DNA of 64,000 nucleotides from Alphaproteobacteria bacterium (GTDB lineage Bacteria > Pseudomonadota > Alphaproteobacteria > UBA7887), in NCBI GenBank assembly GCA_965216755.1, contig CBDCGL010000011.1, positions 3,744,001-3,808,000 of the forward strand. The letters are read 5' to 3'. Below are positions 32,217 through 42,691 of the stretch, piece by piece. A program made the position numbers and the translations under genes. Below the pieces are notes generated by a model that was given only the letters and a program-made list of their open reading frames with translations, was not told the origin of the DNA and ran no database searches. Every line of letters starts with the position of its first letter. Position 1 is the stretch's first letter.

Positions 32217-33404
32217 CTACGCCGCCTGGCTCCATCCCGCACCGCTGGCATAGTCACGGATGCGGGCCAAGGCGCGGCGGATGTTGTCGATGCTGTTGGC
32301 ATAGGAAAAGCGGATGTAGCCTTCGCCGAACGCGCCGAAGCTGGTCCCCGCAATGGCGGCCACCCCGAGTTCCTCCAACAACAGGGTTTCCATTTGCTTA
32401 GAGGTCATGCCGGTGCCGGCGATGTTCGGCATCGTGTAAAAGGCACCGGTCGGCAAGATCGATGAGCAACCGGGAATGTTGTTGGTCTCTTCGACGATGA
32501 TTTTGCGCCGTTCGTCGAATGCCTGGCGCATGGTTTCGACTGAATCCTGCGGGCCGGTCAGCGCCGCCAGTGCGGCATATTGCGTGGCCGCGTTGGTGCA
32601 CGAGACCGAATTGATGTTGAGCCGGGTCGCATGGTCGACCAGCGGCGACGGCCACACCGCATAGCCGATCCGCCAGCCGGTCATGGCATAGGTTTTCGAC
32701 CAGCCATCCAACAGGATCAGGCGGTCGCGCAGCGACTCATAGCTGAGCAGGGTGACGAATTCGGTGTCGTCATAGAGCAGCCGCGAATAGATCTCGTCAG
32801 ACATGACGACCACCTGCGGGTGACGCGCGAGCCCTTCTACCAATCGGTCAAATTGTGCGCGCGGGACGACGCCGCCGGTCGGATTGGCGGGACTGTTGAT
32901 GATCAGCAAGCGGGTCTGTGGGGTAATCTTGTCCAGCACTTCGTCCGCGTCGAAGGCAAAGCCATTGGCCTCGCGCAGCGGAATTGGCACGGCTTTGGCG
33001 CCGGAGAAGTTGATCACCGACTCGTAAATCGGGAAACCGGGATTGGGGTACATAATCTCCGCGCCCGGTTCGCCGAACATCAGAATGGCGTACCACATCG
33101 TGACCTTGCCGCCGGGGACGATGACGACATCATCGGGATTGACCTCGATGCCCCGAAACGACGCGCAATCGGCGGCGACGGCCGCGCGCAAGGGCAGGAT
33201 GCCGTTGCCCGGCGTATAGCCGTGATGTCCGTCGGCCAAGGCCTTTTGTGCCGCTTCAACGATATGATCGGGGGTGCGAAAATCAGGTTGGCCGATACCG
33301 AGATTGATAATGTCGCGGCCCTGCAATTCAAGCGCCTTGGCCCGCGCCAAAACTTCAAACGCGCTTTCGGTGCCGAGCCGGCTCATATGTGCGGCAAGTT
33401 GCAT
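32217..33404 (-). CDS. PLP-dependent aminotransferase class I/II
   Basis: [33 protein letters not shown]. Confidence 0.94.
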   Translation of the reverse strand: MQLAAHMSRLGTESAFEVLARAKALELQGRDIINLGIGQPDFRTPDHIVEAAQKALADGHHGYTPGNGILPLRAAVAADCASFRGIEVNPDDVVIVPGGKVTMWYAILMFGEPGAEIMYPNPGFPIYESVINFSGAKAVPIPLREANGFAFDADEVLDKITPQTRLLIINSPANPTGGVVPRAQFDRLVEGLARHPQVVVMSDEIYSRLLYDDTEFVTLLSYESLRDRLILLDGWSKTYAMTGWRIGYAVWPSPLVDHATRLNINSVSCTNAATQYAALAALTGPQDSVETMRQAFDERRKIIVEETNNIPGCSSILPTGAFYTMPNIAGTGMTSKQMETLLLEELGVAAIAGTSFGAFGEGYIRFSYANSIDNIRRALARIRDYASGAGWSQAA

Positions 33405-33456
33405 ATTTGTGGTCTCCTCGCTTGGGCCATTTGGCGCCGACGGCCAACCCTTTTGA

Positions 33457-34812
<1,356 letters not shown>

Positions 34813-34816
34813 GGCC

Positions 34817-36892
34817 ATGGACCGAGACAGCCCGATCGATATCGCCTATTCGGCGTGTCCCCACGATTGCCCGTCGACTTGCGCGCTAGAGGTCGAGCGG
34901 ATCGACGACTTCACCATCGGCCGCGTCCACGGCGCGCGGGACAACAGCTATACCTCTGGTGTTGTCTGCGCCAAAGTGGCGCGCTATGCGGAGCGGGTCC
35001 ACCATCCGGATCGCCTGAAAGAACCGCTTCGCCGCACCGGCCAAAAAGGGGCAGGTCGTTTCGAACCGATCAGTTGGGACGACGCGTTGGACATCGTCGC
35101 GGAAGCCTTTGTCAAGGCGGCCCAGGCCCATGGCTCTGAGGCGGTGTGGCCATATTTCTACGCCGGCACTATGGGCTTGGTACAGCGCGACGGCATTGAA
35201 CGATTGCGCCACGACATGCGCTATTCCGGTCAGTACAGCACGATCTGCACGACCTTGGCGCGGACCGGCTGGATGGCTGGTGCCGGAAAATTGGTCGGAC
35301 CCGACCCGCGCGAAATGGAAGAGGCCGACCTGATCGTGTCGTGGGGCGGCAATCCGGCGTCGACCCAAGTCAACGTCATGAGCCACATTCAAAAGGCGCG
35401 CAAGGCGCGCGGCGCCAAGCTGGTGGCGATCGACCCCTATCGAAATCGGACGGCCAAGGTTGCCGACATGCACTTGGCGTTGCGGCCGGGTACCGACGGC
35501 GCGCTGGCCTGTGCGGTGATGCACGTCGCATTTCGGGATGGTTATGCGGACCCCGCCTACATGGCCAAATACGCCGATTGTCCGGAACGTCTTGAAGCCC
35601 ATTTGGCGACTCGGACCCCGGCCTGGGCGGCCGACATCACGGGGTTGTCGGTCGACGAAATTGAGCAATTTGGCGCCCTTTACGGGCGCACACAGCGCAG
35701 CTACATCCGCGTCGGTTACGGGTTTTCCCGATCACGCAATGGCACGGTCAATATGCACGCCGTATCGTGCCTGCCGACGGTCACCGGCGCCTGGCGTCAT
35801 GTGGGCGGCGGCGCGTTCTATTCCAACGGTGACATCTATCATTGGGACAAGACCCTGATCGAAGGCTTGGATGTGCGCGACCCCAGCATTCGCATGCTCG
35901 ATATGTCGCGCATTGGGCCGGTGCTGGCCGGCGACAAGCGAGACCTTGGCGATGGCCCTCCGGTCACCGCCATGATCACGCAAAATACCAATCCGGCGGT
36001 GGTGGCACCGGAGTCCGGGTTGGTCAATCGTGGCCTCGCGCGCGAAGACCTGTTTCTGTGCGTACATGAACAGTTCATGACCGATACCGCCGTTTACGCC
36101 GATATCGTGTTGCCAGCGACCATGTTTGTGGAGCATGACGACATCTATCAGGGCGGCGGCCACCAACACATCATTCTGGGGCCGAAAATCATCGAACCCT
36201 ATGCCGAATCGCGATCCAACCACGACGTGTTGTGCGGTTTGGCGGCACGCCTGGGCGCCGGTCATCGCGGCTTTAAGATGACCGCCTGGGACATCATCGA
36301 CCAAACCTTGAGTGCGTCCGGTTGGGGCAACGTGGAGACATTGCAGGCCAATCGCTGGCGCGATTGCCAACCCGAATTCGAAAACGCGCATTTTCTGAAT
36401 GGGTTCGGCCATGCCGACGGTCGGTTCAAATTTGCTCCGGATTGGCCGGCCTTGGGGCCCAATCACCAGGCCATGCCGGAATTGCCCGACCATGTGCCGT
36501 TGATCGAGGGAGCAGATGCCGAACATCCGTTTCGCATGGTGACGGCGCCCGCCCACAACTATCTGAACACAAGCTTCACGGAGACCGATACCTCGATCGA
36601 CAAGGAATCGCGGCCCATGGCCAAGATTCATCCCGATGATGCCGGCAACTTGGGTATCGCGTACGGCGACCGCGTACGGCTTGGCAATCGGCGCGGCGAC
36701 GTGCTGGTGCACGCCGAACTTTTCGATGGGCTCCAGCCCGGCGTGATCGTGGTGGAGAGCATTTGGCCAAACCGGGCCTTCGAAGAGGGACGTGGGATCA
36801 ATACCTTGGTTGGCGCTGATGCTGGACCGCCGGCCGGTGGCGCCGTCTTTCACGACACCGCGGTGTGGGTGCGCGCGGATCCATCGGGCTAA
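34817..36892 (+). CDS. Molybdopterin oxidoreductase family protein (DMSO reductase superfamily)
   Basis: N-terminal CPHDCPSTC...C Fe-S motif, LRPGTDGAL, ADIVLPA, C-terminal MGD-binding domain. No Tat signal. Confidence 0.92.
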   Translation: MDRDSPIDIAYSACPHDCPSTCALEVERIDDFTIGRVHGARDNSYTSGVVCAKVARYAERVHHPDRLKEPLRRTGQKGAGRFEPISWDDALDIVAEAFVKAAQAHGSEAVWPYFYAGTMGLVQRDGIERLRHDMRYSGQYSTICTTLARTGWMAGAGKLVGPDPREMEEADLIVSWGGNPASTQVNVMSHIQKARKARGAKLVAIDPYRNRTAKVADMHLALRPGTDGALACAVMHVAFRDGYADPAYMAKYADCPERLEAHLATRTPAWAADITGLSVDEIEQFGALYGRTQRSYIRVGYGFSRSRNGTVNMHAVSCLPTVTGAWRHVGGGAFYSNGDIYHWDKTLIEGLDVRDPSIRMLDMSRIGPVLAGDKRDLGDGPPVTAMITQNTNPAVVAPESGLVNRGLAREDLFLCVHEQFMTDTAVYADIVLPATMFVEHDDIYQGGGHQHIILGPKIIEPYAESRSNHDVLCGLAARLGAGHRGFKMTAWDIIDQTLSASGWGNVETLQANRWRDCQPEFENAHFLNGFGHADGRFKFAPDWPALGPNHQAMPELPDHVPLIEGADAEHPFRMVTAPAHNYLNTSFTETDTSIDKESRPMAKIHPDDAGNLGIAYGDRVRLGNRRGDVLVHAELFDGLQPGVIVVESIWPNRAFEEGRGINTLVGADAGPPAGGAVFHDTAVWVRADPSG

Positions 36893-36933
36893 CGGCTATC
36901 GATCAAGCCCTTGTGAGGGCGCGTGAAAAGCCG

Positions 36934-36960
36934 TTGACGTTGCGGCGCCCAGCCCCATTT
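36934..36960 (+). promoter_or_regulatory. Putative sigma-32 (RpoH) promoter of msrP
   Basis: TTGACG-N13-CCCCATTT compared with consensus TTGAAA-N13/14-CCCCATWT. Confidence 0.5.
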
Positions 36961-37030
36961 ATCGAGGCACAGGTGTCCGCCGAAAGAAGCGGCGCATAAA
37001 CTCCACATCGCCCTGCGAGGATCGTGCCGC

Positions 37031-38032
37031 ATGCTGATCAAATCCATTCCCGGTTGGGGTCTTCCCGAACGCGCCGCGACGCCAGAGGACGTTTTTTGGC
37101 GGCGGCGTTCGCTGGTCAAAGGCATCGCGGCCGGCAGTATTCTGGCGACGGCGGCGCCCTTGCTTGGCGCGTGCGATGGTGCCGGGTCAGAGACCGCGGC
37201 CGAGGCTGCCGTGGTTGTCACCGATGACCCGACCGCCGATCTGTATCCGGTGGCGCGCAATACGCGCTACGCCGTTGATCGTGATCTGACCGAGGAGAAA
37301 TGGGTCACGACCTACAACAATTTCTATGAATTCGGGTCGCATAAGAAGATCTGGAAAAGTGTCGGCAAGTTCCAGCCGCGCCCCTGGGAAGTGGCAATCG
37401 ACGGCATGGTTGAGAAGCCGTTCAAGATCGAAGCCGATGACTTGATTCGTGAGATGCCCCTAGAGGAGCGGCTCTATCGGCATCGCTGCGTCGAAGCCTG
37501 GTCGATGGCCGTGCCGTGGAGTGGTTTTCCGTTGGCGGCTTTGGTCGATAAGGCGCGTCCTTTGGCCAGCGCCAAATATGTGCGCATGGAGAGTTTCTTT
37601 GATCCAGACGTGGCGCCAGGGCAACATCAGAACTGGTATCCCTGGCCCTATGTCGAGGGCTTGACCCTGGACGAGGCGAGAAACGAACTGGCGTTCATCG
37701 TGACCGGCGCCTATGGCAAACCCATGCGCAAACAGAATGGTGCGCCGTTGCGGTTGGCCGTACCGTGGAAATATGGCTTTAAGCACATCAAGTCGATCAC
37801 CCGATTTACCTTTGCCGAGGAACGCCCGCGTACTTTTTGGGAAGAGGTTGGCCCGAACGAGTACGGCTTTTGGGCGAACGTGAATCCGAAAGTCGACCAT
37901 GCGCGTTGGAGCCAAGCCAAGGAACGTGTGCTCGGCGCCAGCAAGAAAGTGCCGACGTTGCTGTATAATGGCTACGAAGAATTCGTTGCGCACTTATATG
38001 ACGGCATGAACGACCAGAAACTCTATATGTGA
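37031..38032 (+). CDS. msrP: Protein-methionine-sulfoxide reductase catalytic subunit
   Basis: Tat motif RRRSL, YNNFYEFG, RCVEAWSM, QNGAPLRL, WKYGFK, FWANVNP. Confidence 0.95.
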   Translation: MLIKSIPGWGLPERAATPEDVFWRRRSLVKGIAAGSILATAAPLLGACDGAGSETAAEAAVVVTDDPTADLYPVARNTRYAVDRDLTEEKWVTTYNNFYEFGSHKKIWKSVGKFQPRPWEVAIDGMVEKPFKIEADDLIREMPLEERLYRHRCVEAWSMAVPWSGFPLAALVDKARPLASAKYVRMESFFDPDVAPGQHQNWYPWPYVEGLTLDEARNELAFIVTGAYGKPMRKQNGAPLRLAVPWKYGFKHIKSITRFTFAEERPRTFWEEVGPNEYGFWANVNPKVDHARWSQAKERVLGASKKVPTLLYNGYEEFVAHLYDGMNDQKLYM

Positions 38033-38703
38033 CGGGCAAGTCATCAATTGCCCCGCGGCTGGTCATTTTTGATTGCGATGGGGTCCTGGTTGACAGCGAA
38101 CCGATCGCCAACCGCATTCTTGCCGCGGCGCTGACCAACGCTGGTTACGCATGCACCGTGGCGCAGGCGGTCGAGAAATTCGTGGGCCGCAGCTTGCCGA
38201 ATATCATCACCGATGTGGAAACGGAGTTGGGACGGTTGTTGCCCGCGCATTTCGCAGAGAGTTTGCAGGCCGACACATTTGATGCTTTTCGGCGCGAGCT
38301 CAAACCGGTGCCCGGGGTCGCGGCGGCACTAGACCGGATCACCCTACGTAAATGCGTTGCCTCGAGCGGTGCGCCGGAAAAGATACGCCTGTCGCTGTCA
38401 CTGACGGGATTGGATAGTCAATTCGGCAACAGTTTGTTTTCCGCCTTGCAAGTATCAAGGGGCAAACCGCACCCAGACTTGTTCTTGTTTGCGGCCCGGT
38501 CGATGGACACGCCGGCGGCCGCTTGCGTGGTTGTGGAAGACAGCACACCAGGGGTTCAGGCCGCGCGCGCCGCCGGCATGCGCGTGCTTGGATATCGCGG
38601 TGGCGATCACGTTGGCCCGAACCATGGCGATCGCCTGGCGGCCCACGGCGCGGAGGTGTTCGCCCGGATGGCCGATTTGCCCCGGCTGTTGTCCGGCTCA
38701 TGA
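38029..38703 (+). CDS. HAD family hydrolase
   Basis: IFDCDGVLVDSE, GKPHPDLF, VEDS. Confidence 0.92.
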   Translation: MTGKSSIAPRLVIFDCDGVLVDSEPIANRILAAALTNAGYACTVAQAVEKFVGRSLPNIITDVETELGRLLPAHFAESLQADTFDAFRRELKPVPGVAAALDRITLRKCVASSGAPEKIRLSLSLTGLDSQFGNSLFSALQVSRGKPHPDLFLFAARSMDTPAAACVVVEDSTPGVQAARAAGMRVLGYRGGDHVGPNHGDRLAAHGAEVFARMADLPRLLSGS

Positions 38704-38716
38704 TATCGTTATTCGA

Positions 38717-39613
38717 CTAAAGCGGCGTATCCGCGACCTTGCGTAACAAAAAGTCGCGAAACACGCCGACACGCCGCGAGTTGCGCAACTCTTCAGGATA
38801 TACGAAATAACCTTCGACATTGGGCGTTTGCACGTCGGGCAGCACGCGGACAAATTGCGAGGATTTATCCGCCAAGTAGGCCGGCAACGTCGCAACGCCG
38901 ATGCCGGTCTGCACCGCCCGGAAAATCCCGTAAACATTGTTGACCGTCAGCGCCGGCTTAAAATCGGCGTCTTGACTGCGGAGTTTCTCGACCAGCCAGT
39001 CGACATCATCATAGGGTGACGGCGCGCCTTCACCAAAGCCGATGACACGATGATCATGGGCAAGATCGGCCAAGCTGCGTGGGGTCCCGAAGCGATTGAT
39101 GTAGGCCGGTGCGGCATAAATACCAAAATGGGCCGTGAACAGATGGCGCTGGATCAGGGTTGGTTGCCGCGGCGGCGTCAACCTGACCGCCACGTCGGCC
39201 TGGCGCATGGCCAGATCGAGTTCGACATCGAGGACCAACAGCTGTACGGAAATATCGCGATAATGGTCGATGAATTCACCGATATAGCTGGTCAGCCACA
39301 GTGAGCCGAAGCCAATTGTCGTCGATACGCGCAGCGGGCCCTTGGCTTCGGCCTTGCTTTCCTTGAGTGTTGCTTCGGTCATCGCCAATTTGGCGAATAC
39401 TTCGCGCGCGGTTGAGTACAGCGTCTCGCCTTGCTCGGTGAGAATCAAGCCGCGCGCATGGCGATGAAACAAAGGCAGGTTGAGTGAATCTTCCAGACTT
39501 CGAATCTGCCGACTGACGGCGGATTGACTAAGGTGAAGGGTGTCCGCCGCATGCGTGAAGCTACCACAATCGGCCACAACGCGAAAAACCCGTAGCTTGT
39601 CCCAATCCATCAT
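38717..39613 (-). CDS. LysR family regulator (LsrB/VtlR-like)
   Basis: MDWDKLRVF, SQSAVSRQI, LFHRHARGL; directly downstream of trxB. Confidence 0.93.
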   Translation of the reverse strand: MMDWDKLRVFRVVADCGSFTHAADTLHLSQSAVSRQIRSLEDSLNLPLFHRHARGLILTEQGETLYSTAREVFAKLAMTEATLKESKAEAKGPLRVSTTIGFGSLWLTSYIGEFIDHYRDISVQLLVLDVELDLAMRQADVAVRLTPPRQPTLIQRHLFTAHFGIYAAPAYINRFGTPRSLADLAHDHRVIGFGEGAPSPYDDVDWLVEKLRSQDADFKPALTVNNVYGIFRAVQTGIGVATLPAYLADKSSQFVRVLPDVQTPNVEGYFVYPEELRNSRRVGVFRDFLLRKVADTPL

Positions 39614-39633
39614 CGCTGCGCCATCATTTCGAG

Positions 39634-40635
39634 CTACGCATCAATTGGCTCGCGATCCGATTCCGGCATCGCAGCCCGCACCGTTTGCGCGTTCTCTTGG
39701 CTCGCCAAAAAGCGTTCGGCTTCAAGCGCCGCCATGCACCCGGTGCCGGCCGCGGTGACCGCCTGGCGATACGTCTTATCCTGGACATCGCCGGCTGCGA
39801 ACACGCCTGCGACGTTGGTACGCGTGCTATCCGGGGCGGTGACAACGTAGCCGTCTCGGTCGATCTCTATTTGACCACGGAACAGGGCCGTGTTCGGTGT
39901 GTGGCCAATTGCGACAAAAACACCGTCGGCAGCCTGATCCCGCGTCACGCCGGTTTTGACGTTGCGAACGCGCGCGCCGGTTACGGCCGGCGGGGTCCCG
40001 TCACCCAGGATTTCGTCAACCACCGTATCCCAAAGGATGTCGATCTTGGGATGGGCAAACAGTCGATCCTGCAGGATCTTTTCGGCACGCAATTCATCCC
40101 TGCGGTGGACCACTGTGACCCGACTGGCAAAGTTGGTCAGAAACAGCGCTTCTTCGACCGCAGTATTGCCGCCGCCGACCACGATGACAGCCTTGTCGCG
40201 GAAAAAGAAGCCATCACACGTCGCGCAAGCCGAGACGCCGAACCCTTTGAACTTCTCCTCGCTGTCCAGGCCCAGCCAACGCGCCTGAGCACCTGTACAT
40301 AAAAGCACCGTGTCGCCGGAATAGATGGCGCCGGAATCGCCAACACAGCGGAACGGCCGCGCGCTCAAGTCAACCTCGACAATCGTGTCGGCAAACATCG
40401 CCGTGCCGACCCCTTTCGCCTGGGCCTCCATTTGTTCCATCAACCAGGGGCCTTGGATCACCTCGGCAAAACCAGGATAGTTTTCGACGTCGGTCGTAAT
40501 CGTCATCTGTCCGCCCGGCTGCAGGCCGTAAACCAGGATGGGCGATAAATTCCCGCGCGCTGCATATATGGCGGCGGTGTAGCCGGCCGGGCCGGATCCC
40601 AGAATCAAGACCTTGGTGTGGTGTTGTTCAGCCAT
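39634..40635 (-). CDS. trxB: Thioredoxin reductase
   Basis: GSGPAGYTA, CATCDG, GGGNTA, HRRDE, RQAVTAAG. Confidence 0.97.
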   Translation of the reverse strand: MAEQHHTKVLILGSGPAGYTAAIYAARGNLSPILVYGLQPGGQMTITTDVENYPGFAEVIQGPWLMEQMEAQAKGVGTAMFADTIVEVDLSARPFRCVGDSGAIYSGDTVLLCTGAQARWLGLDSEEKFKGFGVSACATCDGFFFRDKAVIVVGGGNTAVEEALFLTNFASRVTVVHRRDELRAEKILQDRLFAHPKIDILWDTVVDEILGDGTPPAVTGARVRNVKTGVTRDQAADGVFVAIGHTPNTALFRGQIEIDRDGYVVTAPDSTRTNVAGVFAAGDVQDKTYRQAVTAAGTGCMAALEAERFLASQENAQTVRAAMPESDREPIDA

Positions 40636-40854
40636 TTCGCCGTTCTCGTTCTCCCTTGCGCGCGGCATTGCGGCATTGCGGCATGCGGCGCGCCAACCGA
40701 TCACCGGACCTGCCCGGTTTCGGGCCGCCGATCAAAGATGGCGGTGCCGAAGAATCTGTCAACCGCTTGATGTCAAAGCCGACCTTGGCACTATGGTGGC
40801 GGTGCCGCAGCCTCTGCCTCAGTCAAAATTCTACCCTTTTTCCGATGTTTTGTG

Positions 40855-40883
40855 TTGCGAATGGTTCTCATTCGCGATAAATC
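40855..40883 (+). promoter_or_regulatory. Fur-type box overlapping a sigma-70-like promoter
   Basis: TGCGAATGGTTCTCATTCGC contains the perfect inverted repeat GCGAATG-N5-CATTCGC and a 7-1-7 TGCGAAT-G-GTTCTCA. -35 TTGCGA (40855-60), 17-nt spacer, -10 (GA)TAAATC (40878-83). Confidence 0.65.
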
Positions 40884-40889
40884 ATAACT

Positions 40890-40985
40890 GACGACTTCGA
40901 CGCGGCCGCAAATGGGCTTTGTCGAAGGAGCCTCTCCTTCGACTGGGTGGGTCGGTTCTGTCACGGGGGCCGGCCCCATTTTTTT
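40890..40985 (+). ncRNA. Putative iron (Fur)-regulated small RNA
   Basis: Promoter and Fur box upstream, structured body with a CCUCUCCUU anti-SD motif, plus-strand intrinsic terminator. Both neighbouring genes are on the minus strand. Confidence 0.65.
40949..40985 (+). terminator. Rho-independent terminator (plus strand)
   Basis: GGGTCGGTTC (40949-58) pairs with GGGCCGGCCC (40967-76) using G-U pairs, followed by T7 (40979-85). Confidence 0.75.
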
Positions 40986-41979
40986 ATCGCGCGGTCTCGT
41001 TCCAATTGCCCTGCGACAAGATCGCCTGAGCCACGGTGCCGGCGTCGTCGAGTGGGCGTTGATCGGTGGCGCGACGACGGTCGAGGCGGGCGGTCAAGTT
41101 GAACGGCTGCGCGAAGCCGGATTGATATAGGATTTGGTGGAAGCGTCTGTGGCGATGGCCGGTCGCGCCTGGTGGCGCAAAAATGAAGACCGGTTTGCCG
41201 GTTGCGCAAGCCTCGGCGCACATGGACATGGAATCGCCAGTCACGACGATCGCGTCGGCATGACCGAGCATGCCGAGATAGGGATTAGCGGCCGGTGGCG
41301 GCCGCCACCCGTATTTCTCCGCCGAGTCGGGCAATGCCGCGAACAGCGCGACTGTAGCGGTCGCAGACGTGCGGCGGCTGGTTGTGGCCATGATATGGGC
41401 GCCGAGGCGTTGCGCGAATGCCGTCACCTGGTGCCCCAAATCCGTTGCGTGTTTCGACGTGAAGCGATGACGGCCCGCGTCGCCGCCGACAATCAGGGCC
41501 AGACGCGGGCCTGGACCGGGCGCGAAAGACGTCTGCCATTCTTGCTTGGCGGCGGCCAGCGTGGCGATCGTGACGCCGTGCGGCGCGCCGACCGTTTCGA
41601 TGAGCCCGGCACGTTTTGACACGCGGTCGTGGACGGGTACCGCGATCAGGTCGAGTCCAGTCGTCGGGCGGCCTGGCCACATCAGCTGCACGGTCATGGT
41701 GGCATTTCGGCTTTGACTTTTGATATGGCGATTGACCGGTACTGTTCGCCGACCGGCCCCGATCACGATATCGGGCCAAGGTGGCGCAATACGGGCGGCA
41801 CTGGATGCGGTCAGATGGCCCAGGCGCGCACCCAACAGCAGATTGGGCAATCCGGCCGCGCGATTGTAACGAAGCGTCTTGATGGTGTAGGGCAGGGCCA
41901 GTGCGTCGGCCACGGCCAAGCACTGGCTGACATTTCCGGCACGGTCGTCAACGAGGGCCCAAATAATCGGCAACGTCAT
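40984..41979 (-). CDS. Mitochondrial fission ELM1 family protein
   Basis: DDRAGNVSQC, PWPDIVIGAGRR, TTSRRT, NPYLG, VTGDSMSM. Confidence 0.9.
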   Translation of the reverse strand: MTLPIIWALVDDRAGNVSQCLAVADALALPYTIKTLRYNRAAGLPNLLLGARLGHLTASSAARIAPPWPDIVIGAGRRTVPVNRHIKSQSRNATMTVQLMWPGRPTTGLDLIAVPVHDRVSKRAGLIETVGAPHGVTIATLAAAKQEWQTSFAPGPGPRLALIVGGDAGRHRFTSKHATDLGHQVTAFAQRLGAHIMATTSRRTSATATVALFAALPDSAEKYGWRPPPAANPYLGMLGHADAIVVTGDSMSMCAEACATGKPVFIFAPPGATGHRHRRFHQILYQSGFAQPFNLTARLDRRRATDQRPLDDAGTVAQAILSQGNWNETAR

Positions 41980-42127
41980 TGTTAGGAGACAAACTTATAG
42001 GCCGTAGCCGTCATGCGCATGCTGGCCAGCGGTCGTCAGAGGCCAAATATGTGTCGCACAACCGTTTCAAGTTTTTGTCTGTTCATTCGTGAGGGCCGTG
42101 CCAGACGACCGCGCCGAGATCGCGGAC

Positions 42128-42601
42128 CTATTTGAAATCGAGGGCGATGATTTCGTAGGATTTCTGACCGCCCGGCGTGGTTACATGCGCAGTGTCGCCA
42201 AGCTCTTTGCCGATTAAGGCACGGGCCAGGGGCGAGGTGACCGATAGCCGCCCTTTGTTCACATCCGATTCATCGGCGCCAACGATCTGATAGGTTGTTT
42301 CGTCGCCGGTATCTTCATCGGCGACCGTGACTGTCGCGCCAAACTTGACGTGCTCCCCAGACAATTTACTGACATCGATCACGTCGGCGCGACCCATTTT
42401 GTCTTCCAGTTCGCGCACCCGCCCCTCGATAAAGCTCTGCCGCTCACGGGCCGCGTGATATTCGGCATTTTCACTCAAATCGCCATGCTCACGCGCTTCG
42501 GCAAGCTGACGAATGACCGCCGGCCGTTCGATGCTTTTCAGGCGCTTCAACTCCGCCTCGAGCCGCCCGTAGCCTTCGGCGGTCATCGGTATCCTGTCCA
42601 T
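42128..42601 (-). CDS. greA: Transcription elongation factor GreA
   Basis: HGDLSENAEYHAA, SPLARALIGK. Confidence 0.97.
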   Translation of the reverse strand: MDRIPMTAEGYGRLEAELKRLKSIERPAVIRQLAEAREHGDLSENAEYHAARERQSFIEGRVRELEDKMGRADVIDVSKLSGEHVKFGATVTVADEDTGDETTYQIVGADESDVNKGRLSVTSPLARALIGKELGDTAHVTTPGGQKSYEIIALDFK

Positions 42602-42691
42602 GATCGACCTTTCTCAGCCACATTCCCAAGATGTGGGTCGTCGCGCTTGGGGTCGATGGCCCCGATCGCATTTCAAAAGTTTTTCGAATGA

